A program made the position numbers and the translations under genes. From a virus, in IMG/VR virus record IMGVR_UViG_3300016474_000052, positions 1 to 59,031 of that record: a stretch of DNA of 59,031 nt. One strand, given 5' to 3'. This document shows positions 35,715 to 43,872 of the stretch, piece by piece. Below the pieces are notes generated by a model. It saw only the letters and a list, made by a program, of their open reading frames with translations, was not told the origin of the DNA and did no database searches. Within the stretch, counting starts at the first letter, position 1. The number at the start of each line of letters is the position of its first letter.

Positions 35715-35894
35715 ATGGATACGAGAGAGATGATTAAAACGCTAGGCGGTACCAGAGCAGTCGCTCGGTACCTGGGGGTGGCTCCGAGCACGGTCCACCA
35801 CTACATCAAAACGGGGAAGATCCCGCTGCATCGGTTGATGATGCTCATGCCGCGGTTACACGAGAAGGGGGTTGTATGGCCACTAAAGATATGA
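35715..35894 (+). CDS. Cro/YdaS-like HTH regulator (59 aa, below the ORF-track cutoff)
   Basis: MDTREMIKTLGGTRAVARYLGVAPSTVHHYIKTGKIP.. is a typical small Cro-type helix-turn-helix. First gene of the rightward block. Confidence 0.65.
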   Translation: MDTREMIKTLGGTRAVARYLGVAPSTVHHYIKTGKIPLHRLMMLMPRLHEKGVVWPLKI

Positions 35895-36151
35895 GCGAGG
35901 CGCTTGAGCGCGTATTCGATTACGCCGATCAGTTAACGGATCACACGCTGGACAATATCGAGAATCTCGCGGAATCAACTAACGCTAACTTTGCCGCTTT
36001 AGTGTTTCACGCAACGGCTATGAACATGCTCATCATGAACTGTAAGGACGAGTACGAGCGCCGTGGCTATAAGGACCTCGAGATCATCGTAGGAGCCGTC
36101 AGTGACGCAGTCCGAGGTGCTTTGACCGATTGCAAACCAACGACACACTAA
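35891..36151 (+). CDS. hypothetical protein
   Basis: Track ORF 35876..36151. The ATG at 35891 gives an ATGA overlap with the Cro-like stop, so that start is preferred. Confidence 0.5.
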   Translation: MSEALERVFDYADQLTDHTLDNIENLAESTNANFAALVFHATAMNMLIMNCKDEYERRGYKDLEIIVGAVSDAVRGALTDCKPTTH

Positions 36152-36241
36152 GTACCATTCAACGGGCATGGCTACCTCGACGGAGGGAAAAGCGGTCTCT
36201 TCACCCGCCTGCCAACGCCCAACCTCAGTGAAGACGACCTT

Positions 36242-36913
36242 ATGAAGAAAGGTTTAGGTATGCACTTTTACCCCCACCATATCGGGGACTTTTTGAAGGA
36301 CACCTCGTCCTTAACACCCGAAGAGTCCTACTACTATCTGCGGCTTATTTGGCTGTACTACGACACCGAAAAGCCGCTCCCAGATGACATTACAAGCCTT
36401 GCTTTTAAGATTGGAGCACGAGGTAAGGAGGATTGCGTTCGGAGTCTGGTTCAGATCTATTTCACATACGATTCAGATCTGAAATCACATACGCATCAGA
36501 GGATTGACTTGGAAATTAAGAAGTACCAAGCCAAGGCAGCTTCTGCAAAGCGTGCGAATCAGATCCGTTGGGAAGCTGAAAAGGATCTGAAATCAGATCT
36601 GAAATCAGATGCGGAACAGATCCCAACCAAGAACCAAGAACCAAGAACCAATAAAGACAAAGGGCTTGCAGGCAAGCCTGATGAAGTGTCCGATCAGATC
36701 TGGTCCGATTTCTTGAGGGTTCGCAAGGCTCATAACGCACCGATTACGAAAACCGCCCTGGCCAAGATCATCGTGGAATCCGTAAAAGCCAACCTGACCG
36801 TCGAGGAGGTCCTGAAGCTTTGCGTTGAAAAGAACTGGCGCGGGTTCGAAGCTGAATGGCTTAAAGACAAGAAGGGTCCTAAGCCCCTTGACCAATTTGC
36901 AGGTGCGCTATGA
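36242..36913 (+). CDS. DUF1376 (YdaU-like) replication-module protein containing iteron-like repeats
   Basis: HFYPHHIGDFLKDTSSLTPEESYYYLRLIWLYYDTEKPLPDD is the DUF1376 signature. The start may instead be ATG 36260. Lies upstream of the helicase. Confidence 0.7.
   Translation: MKKGLGMHFYPHHIGDFLKDTSSLTPEESYYYLRLIWLYYDTEKPLPDDITSLAFKIGARGKEDCVRSLVQIYFTYDSDLKSHTHQRIDLEIKKYQAKAASAKRANQIRWEAEKDLKSDLKSDAEQIPTKNQEPRTNKDKGLAGKPDEVSDQIWSDFLRVRKAHNAPITKTALAKIIVESVKANLTVEEVLKLCVEKNWRGFEAEWLKDKKGPKPLDQFAGAL
36451..36691. repeat. cluster of TCAGATC(T/C) iteron-like repeats plus (AACCAAG)x3-AACCAAT; candidate replication origin
   Basis: TCAGATC(T/C) at 36451, 36474, 36559, 36592 and 36684. Variants: GGATCTGAAATCA at 36583, TCAGATG at 36604 and ACAGATCC at 36616. 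Heptamer tandem at 36625-36652. Confidence 0.5.
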
Positions 36914-37206
36914 AGGGCCATGAATTCGTGATTGCTTGCCAGCTAAACAAGGCCCGGCCCCGCGCTGTGTTCGTGGACTTCTCTGGCCTCCCTGACCCGA
37001 CCCTGCCGATCCCGGTCGTGGTCGCCTCCCCATCCGATCGTGACTATCGTTGGGCTCGAGGCCTAATGGTCTACGTCCAAGGAATCAATTCTGAGGCCAT
37101 TTTTAGGGCCGTGGAGGCGTTAAAACTCTGTGGTGCAGGTCGAATCATTGCCACCTACGAAGAAACGTCTCCAGCGCTGATTTGGGATTCGGAGGTGGAC
37201 GTATGA
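36910..37206 (+). CDS. hypothetical protein
   Basis: 98-aa ORF with ATGA overlaps on both sides. Confidence 0.55.
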   Translation: MKGHEFVIACQLNKARPRAVFVDFSGLPDPTLPIPVVVASPSDRDYRWARGLMVYVQGINSEAIFRAVEALKLCGAGRIIATYEETSPALIWDSEVDV

Positions 37207-38108
37207 ATCCGATGCCCGAAGTCGATTATCTGGAGTGGTACCACCAGATGGAGGCGGCCGTTACTGTAAAACCGGCCAAGGACGTGATCAGCGAGGCGAT
37301 TGAACTCTTAAGGTCCGATCCTCCGAAACCTGTACTCATGCCCTGGCCCAAGCTAAAGGACCGCTTTGCCTTTCGAGACGCTGAGGTCACGGTCTACGCC
37401 GGGAACAATGGCTCAGGCAAGTCGCTGATTACCGGCATGATCGCGCTGAACTTGATTAGCCAGGGTCGCAAGGCGTTGATTGCAAGCTTCGAGATGAAGC
37501 CGGTCACGACCCTGACTCGAATGGTCCGGCAGTTCACGAACTCCAGGTTCCCAACAGTGGAGCAGTACGAGAATTTCTCACGTTGGGTCGGTGACAAGCT
37601 GTGGTTTTACGACAAGCAGGGCGAGGTCAACCGCAAAGCAGTTATCGGGGTCGGGCACTTTGCTGCAACGCAGTACAAGATCCAGGATTACTTCGTTGAC
37701 AGCCTTATGAAGTGCGTTGCAGGCGAAGACGACTTCAACGCGCAAAAGGACTTTGTCTCGGACTGCACAAACCTCGCACGCGATACAGGACTTCATGTTC
37801 ATCTTGTTCACCATATCCGCAAGGGTCAGACCGACGAGCAGGTCCCGCAGAAAGTCGACATGAAGGGCTCAGGCTCGATTGCCGACCAAGTCGACAACGT
37901 CTGGATGGTTTGGCGCAACAAGAAAAAAGAACGCCTACAAGAGGCTGGCCAGCCCGTTCAAATGGACGAGCCTGACGCCATGCTCTTGTGCGAGAAGCAG
38001 AGAAACGGTGAATCGGAGCCCCGATTAAGGCTCTGGTTCCATGCTCAATCCCAACAATTTGTGGAGGCCGCCGGTGCAAACCCCTACCGATTCAACCCCG
38101 ACTTTTGA
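37203..38108 (+). CDS. DnaB/RepA-like replicative helicase (RecA-fold ATPase domain)
   Basis: Walker A GNNGSGKS, Walker B-like DYFVDSLMK, then HVHLVHHIRKG..GSGSIADQVDNVWMVWRN..EKQRNGE, typical of DnaB C-terminal/AAA_25 helicases. Confidence 0.75.
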   Translation: MNPMPEVDYLEWYHQMEAAVTVKPAKDVISEAIELLRSDPPKPVLMPWPKLKDRFAFRDAEVTVYAGNNGSGKSLITGMIALNLISQGRKALIASFEMKPVTTLTRMVRQFTNSRFPTVEQYENFSRWVGDKLWFYDKQGEVNRKAVIGVGHFAATQYKIQDYFVDSLMKCVAGEDDFNAQKDFVSDCTNLARDTGLHVHLVHHIRKGQTDEQVPQKVDMKGSGSIADQVDNVWMVWRNKKKERLQEAGQPVQMDEPDAMLLCEKQRNGESEPRLRLWFHAQSQQFVEAAGANPYRFNPDF

Positions 38109-38149
38109 AGTCTCCCTTCCCTGGCCGCCGACGGTTTTTTTAAGTTAAG

Positions 38150-38213
38150 ATTAATTGATGGCTACCTTTAGCGGGGGAAAAGTCGCTTCATCACCGACCT
38201 GCCATCAATTAAT
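38150..38213. repeat. 13-bp perfect inverted repeat (ATTAATTGATGGC / GCCATCAATTAAT) separated by 38 nt
   Basis: Arms at 38150-38162 and 38201-38213, ending 2 nt before the HNH ORF. Preceded by a T7 run at 38134-38140. Confidence 0.8.
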
Positions 38214-38215
38214 TT

Positions 38216-38620
38216 GTGATGACTTCTACCTTGATGGGGTACGACATGATCGATTTATCCAGCCCTTGCATCGTTGGCATTGGTGAAAAAACCAGGCTTG
38301 GTTATATCCGCCTTTGGAATGGAGGCAATAGAATTCTCGCTCACCGCGCAGAATTTATAAAAAAAATAGGCCCTATTCCGGAAGGTTTAGAGATCGACCA
38401 TTTATGCCATAACAGATCTTGTATCAATGTTTTGCATCTAAAGCTTACAACTCATAAAGAAAATAGTCGCCGCCGTGTTAATTCAAAATTAACGATTGAA
38501 CAGGTGGAGAAAATAAGAATTATGCTTCTTAATGGTATGTCCTTAAAAAAAATTGCAGACAATTTTAATGTCAGCAAGCAAATGATTTGGTTGATAGCGA
38601 AAGGAAAGCAATGGAACTGA
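38216..38620 (+). CDS. HNH endonuclease (HNH_3-type) with C-terminal HTH
   Basis: AHRAEFIKKIGPIPEGLEIDHLCHNRSCINVLHLKLTTHKEN is the HNH_3 signature. C-terminal MSLKKIADNFNVSKQMIWLI HTH. Low-GC segment (21/60 G+C at 38461-38520, counted by hand). Confidence 0.8.
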   Translation: MMTSTLMGYDMIDLSSPCIVGIGEKTRLGYIRLWNGGNRILAHRAEFIKKIGPIPEGLEIDHLCHNRSCINVLHLKLTTHKENSRRRVNSKLTIEQVEKIRIMLLNGMSLKKIADNFNVSKQMIWLIAKGKQWN

Positions 38621-38952
38621 CTTTGCCATGGCCGCCAAGTACGAATCAATACTGGAGAAGTTTTCAAGGAAGGGTGATTATCAGTGCGCAAGGTCGCGCT
38701 TATAGAAAAGCAATTATTGAACAAGTCATTATTCAATCCGGGGCTAGGCGATTTGAGCATGATCTTCGAATTGAAATCGAGGTATTTCCGCCAGACCGCA
38801 GAAAGCGCGACATTGATAACTTGCTTAAGTCTCTATTGGATAGCCTGACTCACGCGCAAGTGTGGATCGACGATAACCAAATTTCTGATTTAAGAATTTA
38901 TCGAAACAAACAAATTGCAGGCATGGTGAAAGTGAGGATCTATGAAGCATGA
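38611..38952 (+). CDS. rusA: RusA-family Holliday junction resolvase
   Basis: MELTLPWPPSTNQYWR..GRAYR..FPPDRRKRDIDNLLKSLLDSL..VWIDDNQI matches RusA (PF05866-type) motifs. The ATG at 38611 is preferred over the TTG at 38587. Confidence 0.85.
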   Translation: MELTLPWPPSTNQYWRSFQGRVIISAQGRAYRKAIIEQVIIQSGARRFEHDLRIEIEVFPPDRRKRDIDNLLKSLLDSLTHAQVWIDDNQISDLRIYRNKQIAGMVKVRIYEA

Positions 38953-39268
38953 CCCGCATCAAGCGATTGATTACATCATCAAACATGGCCAGAAGTTTGC
39001 CGACGCAAAAGCCCAAAGGATCTATCTTGAGGAGTTCCGCAAGAGCAAGAAAGCTTTGCTCATGCAGGCATCCATGGAGACGACCGTTAACGCTCAGGAA
39101 AGGGACGCCTACGCTCACCCGGAATACATCGAGCTTTTGGACGGTATCCGAAAAGCAGTCGAGATCGAGGAGGAGCTACGCTGGAAGCTGATCGCCGCCC
39201 AGGCCAGGGTGGACGTATGGCGCTCAGAGCAGGCTAATTTGCGCACCGAAGGGAAGGTGACGGTATGA
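38942..39268 (+). CDS. hypothetical protein
   Basis: 108-aa helical, charged ORF. Confidence 0.55.
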   Translation: MKHDPHQAIDYIIKHGQKFADAKAQRIYLEEFRKSKKALLMQASMETTVNAQERDAYAHPEYIELLDGIRKAVEIEEELRWKLIAAQARVDVWRSEQANLRTEGKVTV

Positions 39269-39438
39269 GTATGCAAACCGATTGGGAGGCCTTTGCAAAG
39301 CTGCAGGGGCTCAATCCCAAGTCTAAGGGCCACTTTTACATGGCCTTTGTTGCAGGCTGGAAGGCCGGTATGAACGACGCAAAAAAGATAGCGAGGGAGG
39401 GCGAAGAATGGAAACTACTGGACAACGATCAAGCATGA
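39265..39438 (+). CDS. small hypothetical protein (57 aa, missed by the ORF track)
   Basis: ATGA overlaps at both ends. Translates to MSMQTDWEAFAKLQGLNPKSKGHFYMAFVAGWKAGMNDAKKIAREGEEWKLLDNDQA. Confidence 0.5.
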   Translation: MSMQTDWEAFAKLQGLNPKSKGHFYMAFVAGWKAGMNDAKKIAREGEEWKLLDNDQA

Positions 39439-39842
39439 GCGCTATGCAACTGGCGCTTGAGGCGTTGGAGAAAGTAATTATTGCCTTTGGATCAGGATTA
39501 ACGTTACAACAGAACGCTATCACCGCCCTGCGCCAAGCACTTGTCGATGCTGACGACACATCGCAAAAACGTGTCGATGAAAAGGCAAAACGTGAACAAG
39601 AGCCGGTGGCGTGGCTGAAAACTTGGTCTGATGGGTCTTTGTCTGTCCTAAAAACTAAGTCGCGTGCTTTTGCTGACCATGAATTAGAACCCCTTTACGC
39701 CGCACCACAAAAGCGTGAGTGGGTTGGGCTGACGGATGGGGAGATTGACATACTGTCGTGCGAGATGGTTAAAGGTGATAAATCAGTCAACTGGCTATGC
39801 AAAGTCCTTGAAGCCAAGCTAAAGGAGAAGAACCATGGATAA
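39435..39842 (+). CDS. hypothetical protein
   Basis: The ATGA-coupled start at 39435 (MSAMQLALEAL..) is preferred to 39408. Confidence 0.55.
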   Translation: MSAMQLALEALEKVIIAFGSGLTLQQNAITALRQALVDADDTSQKRVDEKAKREQEPVAWLKTWSDGSLSVLKTKSRAFADHELEPLYAAPQKREWVGLTDGEIDILSCEMVKGDKSVNWLCKVLEAKLKEKNHG

Positions 39843-40164
39843 CCATGAGGTTCTGGCGCTTGCCAAGAAGGCTGGGGTAATGGTCTCGGGTCGGCCTGAG
39901 TTCGAGGAGTCGGTCAAGCAGTTTGGCAAGCTGATCATCAAGCGTGTAGCGCCAAGGCCGTTAACCAAAACGCAGCTTGCATACCTCGAGGCGCTCAGCG
40001 ACTGGAAGTCCCTGCAAGACTTGGCCAACGAGTTCGGTTGCACTCCGCAAAACGCCCTGAAGATGATAAGGGCGCTCGAGGGAAGGGGTCTGGTCACTAA
40101 GACCTCGCTATTCAAACGACGCCTGGATCGCGGAGCCTGGGCTTACTACTACCGAAAGAATTAA
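39835..40164 (+). CDS. hypothetical protein with winged-helix (MarR-like) C-terminal half
   Basis: ..LTKTQLAYLEALSDWKSLQDLANEFGCTPQNALKMIRALEGRGLVTK.. reads as a wHTH. Confidence 0.5.
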   Translation: MDNHEVLALAKKAGVMVSGRPEFEESVKQFGKLIIKRVAPRPLTKTQLAYLEALSDWKSLQDLANEFGCTPQNALKMIRALEGRGLVTKTSLFKRRLDRGAWAYYYRKN

Positions 40165-40401
40165 ATGAGCGACAAGAACATATGGACGCGCAGGTATGAG
40201 ATCGACAAGGCGCGACAGGAAAAGATGAAAGAGGTTATGGATGAGTACGACCGGAAGGTCTACAACCCAGCAAGAAAGCAATTGGTCGAGGACTGCGAAA
40301 AGGAAGGCCATACCCAAGGAAAGTTCCACGACAACGGATGGGGCTGGACATGGTGGTGGTGCGGTAAGTGCGGAACATCATTCAACAAGGAGAGATCATG
40401 A
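40165..40401 (+). CDS. hypothetical protein
   Basis: 78 aa, Trp-rich C-terminus with a CGKCG motif. Confidence 0.5.
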   Translation: MSDKNIWTRRYEIDKARQEKMKEVMDEYDRKVYNPARKQLVEDCEKEGHTQGKFHDNGWGWTWWWCGKCGTSFNKERS

Positions 40402-40481
40402 AATCAGACACGACAACACTCGTTTTAGGCGGCGCTTTATTCGGCTTGGTGTATGCGGTGCTTGCCTGGGCAATGCTATGA
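40398..40481 (+). CDS. possible 27-aa hydrophobic peptide
   Basis: MKSDTTTLVLGGALFGLVYAVLAWAML. ATGA overlaps both up- and downstream. Confidence 0.35.
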   Translation: MKSDTTTLVLGGALFGLVYAVLAWAML

Positions 40482-40690
40482 AGCATGTAGCAGGCATTTG
40501 CGAATGGCGAGATCCGGAAGAGGACCCGCCACCGCTTGGCTCGAAGATGCTGCTGCTTAACCCGGCAGGCGTTGCCTGCATCGGGACCTGGAGCCGAGTA
40601 TTTATCGCTTGGGCGCCTCTGCCCAAGATCCCACCGAACGTCAAACAAAAACTGGATGAAGCATATGAGAACCTGGGCCAATACACCTGA
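40478..40690 (+). CDS. hypothetical protein (70 aa)
   Basis: ATGA-coupled start MKHVAGICEWRDPEED... The longer track ORF 40241..40690 overlaps 40165..40401. Confidence 0.5.
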   Translation: MKHVAGICEWRDPEEDPPPLGSKMLLLNPAGVACIGTWSRVFIAWAPLPKIPPNVKQKLDEAYENLGQYT

Positions 40691-40691
40691 A

Positions 40692-41111
40692 ATGCGTGAC
40701 GCCTACCGTGAGTGGTATCAAACCACGGTATCGATTGAAATGACGCTTGCAAACTGCTGGCAGGCCGCTTGGAATGCAGCACTGAAAAAGCGCCAGCCAA
40801 ACAAGCAGCAGGACCTCTTCGGCGTGTCGTCTCTAGCCTTCGCAAGAGCGACCGATCCCGACACCAGCCAGGACGCTGCTAAGTCCTTTGATCCGAATGC
40901 CATGGAGTCTAAGGTCCTCGAGGTTATCCAGTCCTACGGCCAAGACGGCTGCATCAAGGACCAGATCCTTCAGCACTTCCCCGCTGACGCTGCTCCGACC
41001 GTTACACCGCGCTTAGCGCCGCTTATGCGCAAGGGTTGGATTGAAGATACAGGAGAGCGCAGGAAGGGCAACAGCGGCCGCAATCAGCGTGTCCACAGGG
41101 CTATCCGATGA
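40692..41111 (+). CDS. hypothetical protein with C-terminal winged-helix-like region
   Basis: Start at ATG 40692, 2 nt after the upstream stop. ..SKVLEVIQSYGQDGCIKDQILQHF..RLAPLMRKGWIEDTGERR.. resembles a wHTH. Confidence 0.5.
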   Translation: MRDAYREWYQTTVSIEMTLANCWQAAWNAALKKRQPNKQQDLFGVSSLAFARATDPDTSQDAAKSFDPNAMESKVLEVIQSYGQDGCIKDQILQHFPADAAPTVTPRLAPLMRKGWIEDTGERRKGNSGRNQRVHRAIR

Positions 41112-41443
41112 CCAAGGACGAGAAGCAGTGGCTCAACGATCTATCAGAGATCGGCTGCATTCTCTGCGCCCATCTTGGTACGCCAGGGACTCCGGCCGAG
41201 ATCCATCACCCTCGGTCAGGGGTAGGCATGGGCAGGAAGGCTACGCACTTCGAGGCCATCCCTCTGTGCCCGGAGCACCATAGGGGGAAGACGGGCGTAC
41301 ACGGCCTGGGAACCAAAGGTTTCCCTAAGCATTACGGGATTACGGAGCAGGACTTGCAGGCCAAGGCAGCGCTGATGATCGGCACTCTTCGGGCGCAACG
41401 TACCGTTCGTCGGCTGGATAAAGAAAATAAGCCAACAGGATAA
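41108..41443 (+). CDS. Ref-like (P1 recombination enhancement function) HNH nuclease
   Basis: GCILCAHLGTPGTPAEIHHPRSG..GRKATHFEAIPLCPEHHRG..GVHG matches the Ref/RecA-dependent nuclease pattern as I recall it. Confidence 0.6.
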   Translation: MTKDEKQWLNDLSEIGCILCAHLGTPGTPAEIHHPRSGVGMGRKATHFEAIPLCPEHHRGKTGVHGLGTKGFPKHYGITEQDLQAKAALMIGTLRAQRTVRRLDKENKPTG

Positions 41444-41500
41444 AAAACCGTGCTGTAATCCTATCTACAGCAAGTCGCTGTGAGAAACAGGAGAAACCAA

Positions 41501-41740
41501 ATGCAAACAGCAAGCACCATAAATAACATCTATAGAGGCATGATTTACTGCGACTACATTGCCGCGCTCGTTTTCGAGTCCCTGGAAAGGGACCCGAACG
41601 GGCTCATGAAGGACCCTTCCGGTATCGAGTTGGACCTCACGCCGGAGGGCGCATACCTAAGTTCCAAGAAGATCGTTCGCGTCCAGGGTGAGAATGGCCG
41701 CAAGTACAAAATCACGGTGGAGATCGACGATGGACGATAA
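41501..41740 (+). CDS. hypothetical protein
   Basis: ATG 41501 has RBS AGGAGAAACCAA. The track's GTG start at 41480 is less likely. Confidence 0.55.
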   Translation: MQTASTINNIYRGMIYCDYIAALVFESLERDPNGLMKDPSGIELDLTPEGAYLSSKKIVRVQGENGRKYKITVEIDDGR

Positions 41741-41945
41741 AAGACTTCGAAACCTAGCCTCGGAAGCAGGCCTTAAAGACACGATCGAGGACGTGGCTTA
41801 CATAGCTTACCTGCAAGATCTCGATCGGTTTGCAAACCTGCTGCTGAGCATGGAAAGGGACTCGGTATGCAGGATTATCGACACGGCACAGATCCCAAAA
41901 ACAGAAGCAGAACGCATTAAAAAAATGATCAAGGAGCGCATATGA
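41730..41945 (+). CDS. hypothetical protein
   Basis: MDDKRLRNLASEAGL.. start overlaps the upstream stop by 11 nt. Confidence 0.5.
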   Translation: MDDKRLRNLASEAGLKDTIEDVAYIAYLQDLDRFANLLLSMERDSVCRIIDTAQIPKTEAERIKKMIKERI

Positions 41946-42328
41946 GCGAAGATATGAAGCCTTACTATCAACTTCGGGAGATGGTAAAGGACCCCAGCTT
42001 GAAGCCTAAGGAAATAGCCGAGAAGACCGGCTACAAGCTTGCGTATGTTTATAAATATCGCAGGATGCACAGGGATCATGAAGCCTGGAAGCAGGAAAAG
42101 CTGCGCAAAGAACAGGAAAATCGCCTGAAAGAGCAGGCCAGGATTGACGGCCTGATCGCTGAGGCGGTGGCCAAGGAGCGCGAGGCTTGCGCAAGGCTTT
42201 GTGATATTGCGGTAGAGAACTTCAACAGCATATCGCTGCAATTCGACGACCATGACGGGATCGTTATGGAACACGCGAACACCTGTAGCAACTTGGCCGC
42301 AGCTATTCGAGCAAGGGGTCAAGCGTGA
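41942..42328 (+). CDS. hypothetical protein
   Basis: 128-aa ORF, ATGA-coupled. Confidence 0.55.
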   Translation: MSEDMKPYYQLREMVKDPSLKPKEIAEKTGYKLAYVYKYRRMHRDHEAWKQEKLRKEQENRLKEQARIDGLIAEAVAKEREACARLCDIAVENFNSISLQFDDHDGIVMEHANTCSNLAAAIRARGQA

Positions 42329-42573
42329 GCGGCGACCACAACATGCACCAAAAGCCAAAGTCGTACCTGGAAAGCACGGGCCTGATGGACAGGCTCGAGG
42401 CGGACGATGCTCAGACCTGGGCCGCGGTTGCGATGATTGTCAACCGGCAGAAAGTTGCCCAGTGGATGATCAGTCGCGGCTATGCAACCGGCCGTGGCGA
42501 CACGATCGAGGACCTGTTGAGAGAGTTGGACTGGCAGATTGAAGAACGTATTAGAAACGCGAGGGGAAAATAA
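42325..42573 (+). CDS. hypothetical protein
   Basis: 82-aa ORF with a GTGA-coupled GTG start. Confidence 0.5.
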   Translation: MSGDHNMHQKPKSYLESTGLMDRLEADDAQTWAAVAMIVNRQKVAQWMISRGYATGRGDTIEDLLRELDWQIEERIRNARGK

Positions 42574-42866
42574 TGGACCGCGAACAAATCATCCGCATGG
42601 TGCGGGAAGTTGCTGATAAGGACAAAGTAGACCCGTACTTAAACGAGTTCGTGGTGCTTACTCCGGAAGAACTTGAACGCTTCGCCGCCCTTGTCGCTGC
42701 TGCCGAGCGTGAGCGCATCTGCAAGGCGATCAAAGAGGAAAACGATTACTGCGTCACCGAAGGCGATTACATGCTGGATTCGAACGACTGCATCGCCGTG
42801 GCAAAAAGCGAGTGGGTTCGTCCCGACTACAGCGAAGGCACCATACGAGCAAGGGGAGACAGATGA
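42573..42866 (+). CDS. hypothetical protein
   Basis: 97-aa ORF with a TAATG junction. Confidence 0.55.
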   Translation: MDREQIIRMVREVADKDKVDPYLNEFVVLTPEELERFAALVAAAERERICKAIKEENDYCVTEGDYMLDSNDCIAVAKSEWVRPDYSEGTIRARGDR

Positions 42867-43105
42867 CAAACAACATCAAACCGTTCATCAAAGCTACAAC
42901 CCCTGACAACTCTGATGTCATAGAAATGTTGGAGCAGTGGCTGGAAGATGCCAAGTCTGGGGAGGTCGTCACGGTGGCTATTGTCGGCAAACGCGTAGGC
43001 GGCGAATGGCAGACCGGCATGAGCAGTAGTCAAAATCGCCTTGAGGACGCCGCAATGCTCATCGAGTTGGGTATGCGTCGGCTTGGCTTTAACCCACAGA
43101 GATGA
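42863..43105 (+). CDS. hypothetical protein
   Basis: ATGA-coupled start MTNNIKPFIK... The track's earlier start overlaps the upstream gene. Confidence 0.5.
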   Translation: MTNNIKPFIKATTPDNSDVIEMLEQWLEDAKSGEVVTVAIVGKRVGGEWQTGMSSSQNRLEDAAMLIELGMRRLGFNPQR

Positions 43106-43108
43106 CAT

Positions 43109-43291
43109 ATGATTTGCCCCTATTGCCGAACCCCAAAGGGTCAGGGGTACAAGACTAAGATCCTCGAGACCCGAACATTCTGGAACCCCGAGAAGCATTA
43201 CTACTTCGTAGAGCGCCGACATAAATGCAAGCAGTGCGAGGAGGAATTCTGGACGGAGGAACGATCACCCAAAGTCGCTAATACAGGGTAA
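43109..43291 (+). CDS. NrdR-type zinc-ribbon protein lacking an ATP-cone
   Basis: MICPYCRTPKGQGYKTKILETR..VERRHKCKQCEEEFWTEE parallels the NrdR N-terminus (M-x-CP-[FY]-C..TKV-x-[DE]-[ST]-R..RRR-x-C-x-x-C-x-x-RFTT-x-E). Last gene before the late-operon terminator. Confidence 0.5.
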   Translation: MICPYCRTPKGQGYKTKILETRTFWNPEKHYYFVERRHKCKQCEEEFWTEERSPKVANTG

Positions 43292-43357
43292 ACTATGGGC
43301 TGTTTTCCCTGTGTCCTCCTGGTGATTCCGTGAGTTTCCTCAAGGCTCACGACGATT

Positions 43358-43383
43358 AACCCCCTTCCCCGGGGGTTTTTTTT
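43358..43383 (+). terminator. Rho-independent terminator
   Basis: AACCCCC-UUCCCC-GGGGGUU hairpin followed by a run of 8 T (43376-43383). A second stem, CGTGAG..CTCACG, lies just upstream. Confidence 0.7.
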
Positions 43384-43428
43384 CGTGTATCCTATATGTA
43401 AGTGCTTGATTTTTGAAGGAAAATCAGA

Positions 43429-43872
43429 ATGCCAGCAGGAAGACCGACCGACTACAAGCCCGAATATTGCGAACTGGTTATCAAGATGGGCCGCCAAGGT
43501 AAGAGCAAGGCTCAGATCGCCGCGACCATAGGGGTGACGAGAAAGACCATGTGGACTTGGTGCTCCGTCCACGAAGAATTTCTAAACGCCATAGAGTATG
43601 CAGAGGAATTAGCCCTGCAATGGTGGGAGGATATAGCCCAGGATCACCTGAAGCAGACCAAGGATGGGGTGACGCTGAACACCTCGCTCTGGTCCCGCTC
43701 GATGGCTGCAAGATTCCCTAAGGACTACACCGACCGGACAAAGCATGAAGTCACCGGCAAGGATGAAGGACCGCTCCAGGTTGACGTTGTTATGGACGTC
43801 GCACAATCACTGATCGATGAATTGACCGGCATCCGCCAGCATGCTGACAGCAAGTCAAGCAAAGCGGATTGA
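43429..43872 (+). CDS. terS: terminase small subunit
   Basis: MPAGRPTDYKPEYCELVIKMGRQGKSKAQIAATIGVTRKTMWTWCSVHEEFLNAIEYA.. is the typical HTH-type TerS N-terminus. Directly upstream of terL. Confidence 0.85.
   Translation: MPAGRPTDYKPEYCELVIKMGRQGKSKAQIAATIGVTRKTMWTWCSVHEEFLNAIEYAEELALQWWEDIAQDHLKQTKDGVTLNTSLWSRSMAARFPKDYTDRTKHEVTGKDEGPLQVDVVMDVAQSLIDELTGIRQHADSKSSKAD

Noticed and set aside
40241-41111. Long alternative-start ORFs 40241..40690 and 40536..41111 (and - strand 40382..40845)
   Set aside because: They overlap neighbouring genes extensively. Shorter ATGA- or TGAnATG-coupled starts (40478, 40692) give a non-overlapping, consistent gene chain.
43384-43428. Possible NrdR box or strong late promoter between the terminator and terS
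   Set aside because: GTGTATCCTATATGT is not palindromic and does not match the ACAC..GTGT NrdR-box layout. I could not place a convincing -35/-10 pair with correct spacing.
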